From Mantamonas sphyraenae STR306 (lineage: Eukaryota; Protista; CRuMs), in contig JAPMXV010000046.1 in NCBI GenBank assembly GCA_026936335.1, positions 374,743 to 438,742 of the forward strand: a stretch of DNA of 64,000 nt, in the 5' to 3' direction. Shown one piece after another: positions 11,460 to 24,687 of this stretch. Position numbers and translations under genes: made by a program. The notes under the pieces are model-generated. The model did no database searches. It saw only the letters and a list, made by a program, of their open reading frames with translations, and was not told the origin of the DNA. Position 1 is the first letter of the stretch; the number at the start of each line of letters is the position of its first letter.

Positions 11460-14394
11460 TCATCCATCCAGTCCATCGTTCAGCAACAGAGCCAGCGCCT
11501 CGGCGGCATTGAGTTCAAACACACCTCTGCTCTCCAGGAGCTGCTTGACGTCGTCCGAGTCGTTGTGGGCCTGGCCAAGGAGCTCGGCGAGAAAGTCGCG
11601 TGTGTCCTGGGAGAGAGCGAGCAGGGTGCAGGCGTCGCTGGTCTTTGCAAAGTACCTCTCTGGCGTGGCAGTAAAGGCAGAAAACACATTCCAGACGCTG
11701 CGCATGTCCAGGTGCAGGCGGGCGGCGCCATGGTCCGGATTGACAATGCGCGGAGTGCACACACGCGTCAACAGGTACTCGTCCAAGGCCAGGCAGATGT
11801 CCTTCCACACCGCAAACTGCATGTCCTGATGCAAATGGTTGCGCATGACGTCGAGGTTGCGACGCAGCTGGAAGATGGGTTCAACGAGTTCGTGAGAGAC
11901 CTGGGTGGGAGGCTGTGGTTCGGCGCTGGCCTTGTCGCTGTCGTCGTCGTCGTCGTCGTCGTCTTGGCTGTCTTCATCGCCCGTGGACGATGAGCCATGC
12001 AGCGGGGAGAGAGCGTACAGCGCCTTGTTGGCCTCGTAGGGTGCGCAGACGAGGACAAAGTGATCGACGAGGGCGTCGACGATGTGTGCAGCCAGAGCAT
12101 CGATGGTCTGTTCACAATCCCAGCAATAGTCGTCAAAGAGGGTGCCATCGAGTTCATGGAGGGGTGTGGAGGCAGAGGCCTGGCCACGTGCTTGCAGTGC
12201 TGTTCTGTACATGTTGAGGTAGAGTGGCTGTTCGCCCCACTCCTTGAGCACATAGTCCACATAGTAGAGACTGTTGACCAGGCGTGCGTGCAACTGGAGG
12301 GCAGCAGGATCCTTTGCGAGCACCGGGGTGTCATCGTCGGCCTGTTGGAGCATGACCCCATCCGCACGGGTCTGGATGCGTTCCAAAAAGTCTGCCAGAA
12401 GGGGCTGTTGCACCACACGGAAGAACTGGAGCTGGTAGGGCACAGGGAGGGCATACTGGTAGCGTTGACTGACGGCCAGGAAGAGAGAGACACATTGGTA
12501 GGCGCAGCCGGTGGCACGAAAGTGATCCAAACTGTCCAAGCCTGCATACTTGAGTTGGAAGGCCTCTTTGTCAGCAAAGGCCATGGCGAGTTGGTCGTGG
12601 ACAAAGGCATGTTCCACATGAAGCCATGCCGACCACGCCACCACTGGCGACATCCAGAAAGGCACCCACCGGGTTGTGGAGGCCATACAGGGCGTCGTGG
12701 TCGTACACGTCGTAGTCATGGTCCTCACGCAGGGCACGTGCAAACGAGTGGCATTCGTTGAGCAGGTGGCAGAATCGTTCAGGATGGACGGGTGCTTTGT
12801 CCTGCAGATTGTCCACGGGGGGCAAGGAGGCAACCACACCTCCTCCTGGTGAGGAGGGTGACATGTCTTTGGATCGTGTGGGGATGGGGGAGGACGAGGA
12901 TGATGAGTTGATGCTGCTGGTGGTGGTGGTGCTGGTGGTGGTGTCACGGTTGGGAGTGGATGCAGAGGCAGAGGGCTGTTGCTTGGGTTTGGCATTGTCG
13001 ACAGAGGTGTGACTGCGTCGTTGGCCCGTGACAAAGAGAGACACAAGGTCGAGCATCTTGCGTGAGTTGAGCATGTGGACCATGGCCTTTGTAAACTCGT
13101 GTGTGGCATCGAGGAGAGAAGCGACACCGAGTTCGACGAGGGCAGGCTGCACGAGGGTGGTGAGGAAGGGCTTGTGCTTGTCCAACTGTTGAATGAGCCA
13201 GCTGAACATCCATTGGGGCTTGTCGAGGTCGTTGGTGGAGCGAGTGGTGCAAAAGTGGAAGTAGAAGGCGGTGTGGAGGTCCGCCATGAGCACAGGGGTC
13301 ACATCCAAACTGTGCAACTGGTTGACAGAGTGGACAGCACTCAATTGCAGACAGGTGATCTGTTGGATGGCACTGGTGCACAGACGCACATCCCAAGCGG
13401 GCAGGGTGTTCACCTGGATGGCTTCGTGGGGCCACCCATGTTGCTGCAACCACCATGCAAGGCTCCCGCGACTTGTCTGGGCCAGACTGCGATACAGAGT
13501 GGTGCACGACGCATGGACCACCTCCACCAACCCAGCATAGGTGTGTGCATACTCCTGGGGATCCAACACCGGCACCACCACACGCATCATGTCCTCCTCC
13601 CCCTCACCACCACCACCACCATGGCTCTGTACGTCAAAGGTACCCCCAAAGGATCGGAATAGTTCCAACAGTTCCAGCAGCAGTGCCAGTGCCTTGTCAA
13701 ACGCACTCAAAGATCCACTCATCACCCGGGCCATTTCTCCCGGTGCTGCTGCACTATCACTGTCGGTGCCACCACCAACACCCCCTCCCACTGATCCAGT
13801 CAATCCCCCCACCATCCCCACCCCTTCTCCTCCTCCTCCTCCTCCTCTGCTGCTGCTGTTGCTGGCTGTGTCCTCTGCTGCGTCTGTGTTTCCACTCCAG
13901 CTGCTGCCACGTTGCCGCGTGTGCGCCTTCTTTGCTTTGCGTCGTCCTGCCTCTTCCTTCATACGTTCCATGGCCTCTGCACATGCCTCCATCTCCTCCT
14001 TGGCCTCTCGTGTTGCCTGTCGTACGTGTTCCATCATGCTCAGGTAGTCTCTGGCTGTGTCCAGCACATCGATGTTCCTCAGCCTCGTCTCCAACTCGGT
14101 CAACACTGCCTTTTGTGCCTCCCTGTCCCTCTGTGCCTTGTCTGCCTCCACCTCCACCTCTTCACACTGTTTCTCTGCTTCCTGCAATCGTGCCACACTG
14201 CGTTTCGTTGCCTCAATGGCCTCCTGCAGCGCCTGTGGCTTGCGTGCTTTGATCTCGGCCAACCTCACTTCGTCTGCCTCCACCTCTGCCTCCACTCTCT
14301 CTGCCATCATTCCGGCCATATCCAAATCCACTGCCCCATGACGAATGAGCACCTCATCCAACCATCCGTCGTCCAGCAGACTCTCACTGTCCAT
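11460..14394 (-). CDS. RINT1: RINT1/Tip20-family ER tethering complex subunit
   Basis: N-terminal coiled coil; FYFHFCTTRSTNDLDKPQWMF; RYQYALP..QLQF; LVNSLYYVDYVLKEWGEQPLY; GAARLHLDM. One frame break at ~12635 joins ORFs 12571-14505 and 11460-13127. Confidence 0.8.
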
Positions 14395-14552
14395 GGACGA
14401 TGTTGTGTTTGAGTTGGGTGGGTTTGTTGCCCTGCTTGCGCCACCCTTGCCACACACAGTGACACATTGGGTGCACCCTCCCCCTGCCCCACCCCCCCTT
14501 CCCACCCTTCCACCCTACACACACACCCCAACCCCCTCCACAGTCCTCCGAC

Positions 14553-17136
14553 ATGCGTGGTAGTACTGCTGAGGAGTTGCAAACACTGTCGGACCACCAG
14601 GCGTCCCCCAGCAACGACAAGTCCAGGAGAGGCAGCCAAGACAAGCATGCTCATGCCGATGCACACTCCAACCACACCCCGTCCTCCGACCATGACTCTT
14701 CCTCTTCCTGCTGTAGCCCTCTCGGCTGCCTGAAAAGCCTCGGCGTGGCCATCGACATTGTCACCCGATTGGGCATCACAGGCCGCGGCAAACGAGCTGC
14801 CCAAGAAAAGGGCAACGAGGTACGTGTAAACATCCAACCCAATCCCCTGCCCGCCCGTGTTCTCTCTCTCCACACACATTGGATTCTGTCCTTCATCATC
14901 ATTCCTACCTTTGCTGTTTTTTGGGCCGCTGGCTCCTGGACGCAATCCGTCCGGCTGCCGTCCGTTGCTGCGACACCCAACCGTCGCCGCCTGTGGCGTC
15001 CTGTGTGGTGTACATGTCCACTTCCATATGGCCCGAGTGTTGCATGTGGTTGTGGCTATCCTGTAGGACCCATTTCCAGTGTGTGTGATGTGCTGACACG
15101 TGATTTGGGCAACTTGCGGCGGGCATTTCGCGTTCCCATCTCCCATTTTTCTTTCTCCCGGCCCGTCCAAAAAACACTTCGCCGGCCTGCCTTGCCCAAT
15201 CCAGGACCTTTCCGTGGCTGAAGACTGGCGCAACAGCCTGCGGATTGTGCTTGTACCCACCACACTGTTGGTTCTGTTTGCTCTGGTGCCCTTGAGTGAG
15301 GATGTGAACAGTGGAGTCAATCCGCAAGCCAAGCAGTCGTTCCTGCTCTTTGTGTTTGCCTTCCACTTCATCTACCACCTGGTGGCCTGCTGGTTTGGGT
15401 TCAACCTGTTTGGTCTCTTCCTTCCCACCCCATCGCGACGCAGCTGCATCCTCTACTCCCTGCTTGCCAGTGCCCTCGGGGCTGGCTTTGACCTCGTGGC
15501 ACGTGAGCTCACCCGTTCCGAGCCGCTGGTCTTCCGCTGGCTGGTGCCCTTTAGTGTGGCACCTGCCACCCTGGTCATCTTTGGTGTCATGTTCCGGCAG
15601 ACCCGTCGCATGCAGGACTACCTGCAGCTGGTGCTTCAGAAGCTTCGCACAACCAACAAGGTCATGGCCAGGTACAGCTCGGCAGCCTCTGAACGGGCCA
15701 GTGTGTTGCGAGAAGCAGAGGCGGGTCAATCGTCGTCGTCGTCGTCGGCGTCGTCCAGTGGCATGGGTAGCACGTATGACCACTCTGTGGTGGAGTTGAC
15801 CTTTGAAGGGGCCAATGGGTCGCAGGTGACCATCAAGGTGGACACCCTGCAACTGTTGGAAGCACCCAAGTCCATGTACTGGCAACTGGTCACCTTTGCC
15901 GCCGCCATCCTGGTCACCTATGTGTTCTGCATCCTGTACTCCTTTTGGTTCCTTCGCCAAACCGACACCGAGTCACGCATCCTGGTCAGCACCCTCTTCT
16001 CCTTTGCCGTGGCTCCCTTCCAGGCTGTGCTCACCTTTCTGGGCAACCGACTGGACAGCACACGCGGCGAGGTGCGCAACTTTCTGGCACAGACGTCGCG
16101 GGTCAAGGGGGTTCGCAAGGGCACGTCGGGCGCACGGGAGCTGTTGGACGACGCAGGCAAGAGCACTGCGTTGGAAGACACCACTCTGGTGACGGGTGAG
16201 TATGCACGTGGCGTCACCATGAAGTTTCTGGGTGTCTGGGTGGGTCGACTCTTCCAATCCCTGTACTTTCGCAACCTGTTTCTGGGTCTCAAGGACTACC
16301 AGAGTTTCCTGACCCTGGTGGCCTTTGAGGTGGCCATGACCCTGCTTCTCTTCTGGCTCCGTCTCTTTCGTTGGTTCTACCGCTATCTGGAGATGCCTGT
16401 GCGTGACTGTCTCACCGGATGTGCCTCCTGGTTGCAGGACACCACCTGTTGCTCCTGTTTGGGCATTTGCACACGTTCACTGACCCACGAGGATAGCCAG
16501 GGTGGCCTCAAGACACAAAGGGAACGCCAGTTGGATGCCCTGGACCAGGCCAACCAGAAAACTCTCAACGACAATCGTCTCAGTGTGGCCATTGGCGTGT
16601 CACGCAAAGGAGGAGGCCAATCATCATCGTCATCATCATCATCATCATCCCCACCGTCATCATCATCATCGTCGGGAGTGACCATGGCTGTGGGCGCAGG
16701 TGGATCGTTGACCGCACCCACAGTGGAACTCACGAAAGAGGAGCAGTTTGAAGAGCGGTTGCTGGCTCACAGAACCATGCTGGTCAGCAAGTATTACTGG
16801 TATGCCATGGCCCAACGCTTCAGCACCATTTCCTTCCTTATTCTGGCGCTGCTGCTTCGCAACTCGTGGAACGTGTTTGCCTTTTCCTTCCGCCAGTCTT
16901 CCATGAGCGACGCCTCGTATGCCCTCATTCTGGAATTTGCTGGCATTTCGCTGGCGGTGGAGTGGGTGTTGGCCTCTGTGCTGTGGTACTGGGACAAGGA
17001 GAAGTATGGTCTGGACATGATCTACCTGGGGGCTGCCCCGTTGCGTGAAACCCGCTTCTACCTGTGCACCCTCCTGGCTGGCATCCACATTTCCCAGGAC
17101 GTCCTCCTGGCCACCAATTCGTTTATCTTTGCATAG
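14553..17136 (+). CDS. Uncharacterised ~11-TM membrane protein, paralogue A
   Basis: Exon 1 14553-14819, phase-0 intron 14820-15204 (GTACGT..CCAG), exon 2 to 17136. Many hydrophobic helices; clear similarity to 34285-36429. Confidence 0.75.
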
Positions 17137-17196
17137 AAGAAGAGCTTGGGGCAAGAGCAACATGGGAATAATGCGTTGAATGTCCATTCCATCCCA

Positions 17197-17674
17197 TCAA
17201 AAGTAATCCACCCCTTCGATATCGTCAAACTCGCCATCACTGAACGAATCCACTTCATAGTCGTCTTCGTCATCCACCTCGTCTGCTCCGCTGTCAAAGA
17301 ACGACGAGGTGTACGTCTTTGCACCTGGGCTGGGGCTGCCTCCTGCATTGCCAGCTGAGGGCGAGGCTGCTGGGCTGCTGTGGTTCGATCCCGTGCCAAA
17401 GCCGCCCCTGCCCTGCTTGCTTGAGTTGGGTGATGATGTCGTGGATGAAGTTGATGACGATGGTGATCCAAGGGTGGTGTCCTTGGGCGACGAGGCTGTT
17501 GTTGTTGTTGCTGCTGCTGCTGCTCCTCCTGCTCCTGTGCCCGTGCCCAGAGTCTTTTTGCTCCCCAGAGGCGCAAGGGTGCCTCGCTTCTGCAGTGGTG
17601 CCAGCTTGCCTGCGCCTCCAGCCCCCTTGCTGGTCTTGCCCAGACCCGGCAGGTCATCCAACGACGCCAGTGGG

Positions 17675-17716
<42 letters not shown>

Positions 17717-18968
17717 GTGTCCGTGTGGTGGTTGCCAGCAGGCGAGTGTTGGTTTGCGTTGTCTGCCGGTGTGGCTGCCACGCCTGCAAAAGCATCGGCA
17801 TCCTCCTCATCCTCATCACTACCTGAGCTGTACCAGTGCCAGTGCCAGTGCCAGTGCCAGCAAAGGCGTCTGCATCGTCGCTCAGGTCTTCATAGTCGTC
17901 CGAAAAGTAATCGTCCTCCTCCTCCGGCACCTCTGCGTCTGCTTCGTTCGCCATGCTGTCGTATGTGTACGATGGTGACCGAGGACTGCCTGATGCCTTG
18001 GGTGATGCCGTAAGCGTGTTGTGTGTCGATGCAGGCGGTGTGCTGCTGCCCGTGTTGATTGCCTGCGGGGCCTTGCTGTGTTTCGGCGACGACACTGCGT
18101 TTGCTTTCGTGCCTGTGGCTGGAGAGGACGACGTCACCACCCCATTGGATGAGGCCATGGTAGTGGATCCGTTGTTGTTGCCATCGTTGCTGCTGCTGGG
18201 GGCGGCGGCAGAGGCGGAAGAAGAGGCTGCAGCTGCGGCTGCGGCGGTGCGGTTCTGCACATTGTCCAGCGTTTGGGAAACCAGATCGACCACGGCAGGC
18301 CTGTTTTCCATGTGTGGGTTCAATCGCAGTTTGGATCGCAGACTGCTGCGTTCTACAGCCTGTTCCTTGATGCCTGCCTCGGCCAGCAGCACAGACATGG
18401 TGTAGTCCAGCTGGTGGTGTTGCAAAAAGTCCATGATCAGCTCCAGCCCGAGTGCCTCTGTGGAAAGCGAGCCCGTCCCACAACGCCACGGCCATGCATG
18501 ACACAATATGGCAGACGAGGCACACACACAAGGACATGGTCCGTCCCATGGACGAGTCAGTATGCTTGTGCGACACACACACAGGGCAGAAACACGGCCG
18601 AAAACCCCGAGCGAGCCCGCGGCCGGCGGGTTTTTGGCGCGCAGGCGACGAGCAACTCACCCGCTTGGCTTTTCTGCAGGCTCAGCTTGCTTTCCAGGTG
18701 CACCCCAGACTGCTTCTCCTGCTCATCGATGGCTGTAAACACAGAGGCACGGAGTTGCGCCTGTGGAGTGTCGGTGTGACCGTGCACACGAGGGTGAGTG
18801 GGAGACATGGCGATTTGGGCGCGCGCAGCCCAGGGGGGGGTGAAAAAGCAGGGCAGAGAGACAACGAGGGAAACATACACGAATCTTGCCCAGGACCCCC
18901 TTTGCCTCAAGAGTGCGTGCCACCATGGCCTTCATCTCTTGCACCTGTCGTGGTTCGTATTCGTCCAT
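17197..18968 (-). CDS. CEP43: FOP/CEP43 (TON1-like) centrosomal LisH protein with a low-complexity acidic tail
   Basis: MVARTLEAKGVLGKIR|AQLRASVFTAIDEQE and LELIMDFLQHHQLDYTMSVLLAEAG (FOP dimerisation/LisH). Introns 18878-18761 and 18660-18458. Frame break at ~17830. CEP43 vs CEP20 assigned on length only. Confidence 0.7.
17674..17715. repeat. (GTT)n trinucleotide run encoding poly-Asn
   Basis: Directly visible. Confidence 0.85.
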
Positions 18969-19066
18969 GAGTGATGTTTGTTCTGCGCCCGCGGGTGCTC
19001 GCACAACGAAAACGACCCAAGGCCTGCATTGCACAGTGCGTGTGAAGAAAGCACGGAGCAGGCACG
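18969..19066. promoter_or_regulatory. Putative bidirectional promoter (98 bp) between two ciliary-type genes
   Basis: Positional inference only: ATG 18968(-) and ATG 19067(+). Confidence 0.4.
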
Positions 19067-21003
19067 ATGGACTTCCTGAGTGACACAAGCAGCAGTGATT
19101 ACGACGACGAAGACTTTGAGGATTTGGATGTGGAGGTGGGCCAGGCGACGGAGCAAAAGCCGTTACGGATGTCGCTGGAATCGCGGGAGAGCAGCGACAA
19201 GGCACAGGAGGGGGCCACAAGCGCACAGAGTGTCGGGGAGGAGGAGGAACACAGTGCAGGGGACAAGCAGGGGGATTTGTCAGATGTGGAATCGACGTCA
19301 TCGTCAAAGCAGGCGAGCGGAAGCCGAAAGGCACGGGTGCCGAAACGGACGAGCAGTCGGATGAGCAGGATGAGCAGGATGAGCAGGAGCAGCAAGTCAA
19401 GCAGCAAACGACGCGGGTGGGACAGAGGGGCAGCACACAACAACAACCCAGCATTGTTTGAGAGTCTGATGGAGGCACAGAACAAGCTGGGGGAGGCCAA
19501 GGCAAAGCTGAAGGAGTACCGGACGGAGAACAAGACCCTGCGACGGGAGGTGGCACGGATGGAACACTATGTTCGGGATGCGGAAAAGGCCAATGATTCG
19601 ATGCCCACCACACTGTTTCAATTGAATGCAGAGCTGCAAACAGCCAAGAAGCAGCTGAAGGAAGCCAAGAGTCAGCTGGCCACGGAACGCAAGAGCTCTG
19701 TGCACAACCAGAGCAAAGCGACATCATTATTGGAAGCAAACAGGAAGCTGAAGGAACAGGTGAGGGTGCTGGAGAAGCAAAGGGACAGCGGAGCCAAGCA
19801 GAGCAAGCGGGAGGCGGAGTTGAAGGCACGGAATGGAGAGTTGGTGTACGAGGTGGAACGGCTGCAACGACTGCTGGAGGTCAACGAACGCAGACACACC
19901 CGGGAATTGCAGGAGGCATTGGCAGAGCATAAGAAGGAGGTGAATAGGATGGCCAAGGAGGCGGCGGCGGAACATCTGAGGTTGAAGCAGGCGGCAGAGG
20001 CGGTGGAGGCCACAGCTGAGGCTCAGCGGAAGGCAGAGGCACGTGTGAGGGCAGCAGCAGCCAAACAGAGGAAGGAAGAGGAGGAGAACAGGGAAAAGGT
20101 GGAGAGCATTGGGGTGGAGAGGGGAAGGCGAAGGACAGAAGGGGGTGGGGGAGCAACTGCTGCAACGGCTGCTACGACGACGACGACGACGGAGAAAGTG
20201 AATGAGAGGAAAGATGAGGATGGTGGGCAGGAGGAGGAGGAGGAGGAGGAGGCAGCAGCAGCAGCACGAAAGAGAAAGGAAGAGGCATTGGCACAGCGCA
20301 AGGCTGAGAAGGAGAAGCGAAAGGCGGAAAAGAGGAAGCGAAAGGCAGAGGAAGCAGAGAGGAAGAGGAAAGCCGAAGAGGCAGAAAGGCAGGCAAAGGC
20401 AGAGGCAGAGGCGGAGGCGGAGGCAGCAGTAGCAGCAGCAGCAGCAAAGGCACAGGCTGAAGAAGAGGAAAGGAGGCGGAAGAAGCAGAAAGAGGAGGAG
20501 GAGGAGAAGGAGCGAGAGGAGGCCCGACGATTGGAAGCAGAAGCAGCAGCAGCAGCAGCAGCAGCAAAGGTGGCAGCAGAAGAAGCAGCAAAGGCAGAGG
20601 CAGCAGCAAAGGCAGCAGCAAAGGCAAAGAAGGCATTGGAGGCATTGGAAGACAGCGACAGCGACAGCGACAATGATGACATTTTTGCAAAGTACAAGCC
20701 GCAGACGCAGGAGAATGGGTCGGGGACAGGACAGGTGGTGGCACGGGAAAAGAGTTCCAGTGGACCCGAGGTGGTGGACAGTGACAGCGACGACGAGGAT
20801 ATCTTTGCACATCTGCAGCCACAGGTCAAGGGTGCGGAGGGGGAGCAGGAGAAGAAGGTGGTTATGGAAGCGAGGGTGCCAGGTGGGGAAGGGGCATCGG
20901 CAGGGGCAACAGGTGCGCCTCCAGTCACAATGGATCACACGGGTGGTGTGGACAGTGACAGTGACGACGACATCTTTGCCAACTACAAGCCGAAAGCAGA
21001 GGC

Positions 21004-21044
<41 letters not shown>

Positions 21045-21763
21045 TAGGGACAAGTGGATCTGCGGTGTCCATGAGCAGGAGGACAGGCACGGGAGGACAG
21101 AGGGTGGAGCAAGACCCGTCGACACAGAGGCAACCGACGCAATGGTCAAGTGGTGGAGCGGGAGCATCTGCAGTGGTGGACAGTGACGACGACGACGACA
21201 TCTTTGCAAACTACAAACCCAAGCCAACACAGGCACAGGCTGGGGCACAGGCCACCAACGTTGTACAGGGTGGCCCTGTGGCACAGCCGTCCAATGTAGG
21301 CGGACGCGGACGTGGGTCACGTCACGCTGGAGGGAGTGAAGGTGGACTCGCACGGAGGGAACCTGCGTTTGGATTTGGCGACGACTCGGATGATGACATT
21401 GACGACATCTTTGCGCAGTTTAAGCCAAAGGCAAGTGCAGGCGAACCTGTGTTGAAGGCACCGACAACAGGTGGGGTCGTGGGGGAGGCTCGCAAGCCGG
21501 TGGGGATGCCCTTGGGTTTGTCCATGTCCTCGTCCACGGCGACGTCGATGTCGCAGAGTGACCCGAGTGTGGTTGGAGGGATGGGGAGCATAGGAGGAGG
21601 AAGTGGTGGTGGTGGTGGTGTACAGGCATCATCATCACGACACCAGGGTGGGAATGGTGGTGGCGTTGGTGCTGGCAGACGCGCAGGCAGGGCTCAGCCG
21701 GTGTCTTCGTTGCCACGGTATGCGGACAGCGACAGTGATGACAATTTTGATTGGCTTTCGTGA
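19067..21763 (+). CDS. Lebercilin (LCA5)-like coiled-coil protein with a charged helix and repeated acidic DSDxDDDIFAxxKP motifs
   Basis: 898-aa ORF. ENKTLRREVARMEHYVRDAEKANDSMPTTLFQLNAELQTAKKQLK..VERLQRLLEVNERRHTRELQE follows the lebercilin coiled-coil pattern (by eye). Confidence 0.6.
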
Positions 21764-21804
21764 GAGTGAGTGAGTGAGTGAGTGAATGCGTGGATGGGAC
21801 CAAC

Positions 21805-22471
21805 ATGAACTTCCGAAAGCTTCCACTTCCTTTCTTGGTCCTCCTGGCTCTTGTGCTCGTAGGCGTGCATGCCAAACGCGCATGCCACCAAGACTCCCGC
21901 TACACACACCCCATCAAGGTAGGGACAGAGAGGAAAGCGGGTGTGGGTGGGGAAGGGTGGGTGGAACGAGGGCGGTGGTGGAGAGGCCCGGCCAACTGAC
22001 GTCAGCTTCCGTCGCTTGAAGCCGCACGAAACACTGCCATACTGCGAGAAATACAGCAACAGCTCGTGCTGTGACAGTGCACAGGTAAGGAAGATCATGA
22101 CGACGGTGCAAAAGTTTGTGAGCCCGCAGTGTCCGACGTGCTACGCGTACTTTAAGGAGTTGCGGTGTGCGGAGTGTTCGCCGCACTCGGGCGAGTTCTA
22201 TGTGGGACGCCATAGCTCTGTGCGACTGTGTTACGACTGGTGCCTGGAATTCTACAACGCATGCAAGGACATCCCACTGCAGGACAACTCTCCACACGTG
22301 TTCTACATCAACTCGGAGGGCGAAACGGCAGAGGCACACTGTTTGGAACACTCTGCCCCGGAACCCAACTGCTTCCGCGGTGAAAGCTTCTCTGGTGTCG
22401 ACCACAGCTGTGTGTGTCCAGCTCACAACTGCCACGAGACAGCCATGGGCAGTGCGCATGTGGAGTTGTGA
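21805..22471 (+). CDS. Secretory Cys-rich protein with a folate-receptor-like domain and C-terminal HVEL
   Basis: Signal peptide MNFRKLPLPFLVLLALVLVGVHA. Intron 21919-22021 with CTGAC branch point. Cys pattern CEKYSNSSCC..CPTC..LRCAECSP..LCYDWCLEFYNACKD. Confidence 0.75.
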
Positions 22472-22570
22472 ACGGGGAAAATGAGTGTACTAGGGGGAGG
22501 GGGGTGATCGAAGATGAGGTCGCAAGGTGTTTGTTCGGTGCCACAGTGCATCCCACTCCACCACACACAC

Positions 22571-24687
22571 TCAGTCGGTTGTCACGGACCAGCGCATGTG
22601 CATGTCGCGTCGTTCGAGGTTGTCTTGGGCAGTGAGGCAGTTGACAAACTTGACAAAACTCTCGCCGCCATCGTAGACGAGGGACAGAGCGTTGCTGGCA
22701 GGCATGACACGAAGCAGTTCACCCTGCTCCTTATCATAGTAGCAGGTGAAACCACCCATGGCTTCCTCCCATGAGTTTTGCGAATGGAGACTGGTTGCAT
22801 CGCCCTCTTCCACCCCGGGCATGTGGGACATGTGGAAGAACACGTCCAACCAATGGCAGTTGGAGCTGTCGTCAATGTCCACATCCTCCACGTCCTGCAA
22901 CGCAGGCAACACATGATCGGTGCGCCCGAGCTGGAGCCCGACGTGTTCCGCATCAAACAACATCGTGTAGTCTCCATGGCCAAACCGACGCACGTCCACA
23001 CGTTGGGCCTTGGGCTTCACCTGCGTGTACAGCTGCAGCAGCCCTTGGAATGCCTCGCTGGCAAACAGCCCACGCACGTTCTCCACAACCTTGAGGTGCT
23101 GTGCATACGCCGTGTCCTCGTGGCCACCGTTCACCGTGTCGTCCAGAGACAGGTACCGTTGCACCTGTGTGGGGCCTTGTTGCTTCCACGGTGCAGGCAC
23201 CATTTTCCAGGCGTCCGTCCGATCCACGTTCTGTGCCCTCACACAGAGCTTCCATGGCCTCTTGCAGCTCCTGGAAGCGCTGGGGCAAGAGGAAATGTTC
23301 CAGATGGATGTGCGACTCGTTCTCAAACACCGCTTGGATATCCTTGACCGTATCTGGGTTAAGGTAGTCCGCGGAGATCCACTCTGCCAGCACGTGGGAG
23401 GTGGCCACCGGCGTGTGCAGCTTGCTGCGATCGTATAAGCGTTCGTAGCAACGCTCCACACCCTTGGAGATGCCTCGTGTAGGCGGAGGCACGGGGGTGA
23501 CCTTGGAGGAGGAGGAGGAAGAGGATGAGGACGACGAGGAGGAGGAGGACGACGAGGACGTTGTTTGTCCCTCGTTGTCTTCCTCAGGTGCCGCATGGAA
23601 CCATCCCGAAATGGAGAGACGCACCTTGTCGGTAAGCACCTCCTGGACACAATGATGGCTGACATCGGTGACACTGAAGAAGGCAAAGGAGTTCCACTGA
23701 GGGACAAGGGTGGTGGCAATGGTGGAGGGGTCACCCTCCGCATTGCTGTTGAACAGTTGCAATGCCCCACCATCCTTCTCCTCCCAGTCCTCAGGCACCA
23801 GGTACAGAATATACGCAACCCGGCGGGTGGCAATGTCGTCGTCGTGGCACAACAGCACACCCGTACGCCCAAAGATCAGCCCATGCATGTCCACCTGCGA
23901 ACTCAACCGGTGTCCCGTGATGGCCCCAATGTGGCCCAGGAACTCCGGGGAGTACAGCAGCCGTCGCAGCTGCGCCAGGTGCGGTGTGTTGGTTCGCCGC
24001 AAATCAGGCGTCTGGAAATAGTCAAAAAGATCAGTGCTCTTCTCGTGGAACTCCTGCTGCACCAGTTCCTCTTTGACCCGGTCCATAAACGTGTGCTCAA
24101 ACACGTCTGTCAGACGCATGTGTGCAAACGGCTGCGCGGCTGCAAACTGCTTTGCCAGGGCCTCGTGAGCCTTGGTCCGCAGCGGTCCGCTGCCCAAAAG
24201 GCCTCGAACCTCTCGGGAGCCCATTGTTGTATCCTCCCCGTCTGCACCCTGGCCAACTTCCATTTCGTCTCCAGTCTCAGAAGTGGCTGACGAGGAGCTA
24301 CGGCTGCTCCCTGTCCGGGTGGACCTTCGTGTGGGTTGGGAAGAGCCGTCGGCGGGTAGCATGCCGCGTTCCCTCATTTGTTCCAGAGTGAGCTCCTGCA
24401 GCAAATGGATCTCCTGGTCGTCCAACAACTCGGTCAACACAAGCATGGCATTGATGCGGTCCTGCACATGCTCGCATGCATTGATCTGACGCACCAGACC
24501 ACGCACAGCGATGGCCAACACCGGGTTGGACTCCGCCAAAACCTCCCCAATCTCTGCCTCCTCGTCCACGTCGTCCGACGACTCTTTTCGCTCAACTGCC
24601 ATCCGTTTATGGTTGGGCTCCTGTTCCTCCATCCTCATCAAGGCCCACCACCTGGTCCACGTCTTCATCGCGCTGTCGCTTTGACAT
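22571..24687 (-). CDS. OGFOD1: 2OG-Fe(II) prolyl 3-hydroxylase OGFOD1/Tpa1
   Basis: FHEKSTDLFDYFQTPDL, LLCHDDDIATRRVAYILYLV, DGGALQLF, LVPQWNSFAFF..SHHCVQEV..RLSISGWFH; second domain RRFGHGDYTM, GGFTCY, PASNALSLVY, FVKFVN. Likely start MSKRQRDE at 24687 (alternative ATG 24632). Frame breaks at ~24630 and ~23200. Confidence 0.85.

Noticed and set aside
18969-19066. RFX X-box in the ciliary gene promoters
   Set aside because: No match to GTNRCC-N0-3-RGYAAC here or at 3281-3339.
11460-24687. Calling RINT1, FOP and OGFOD1 pseudogenes because of frame breaks
   Set aside because: Motifs are intact on both sides with no accumulated stops; indel error is more parsimonious.
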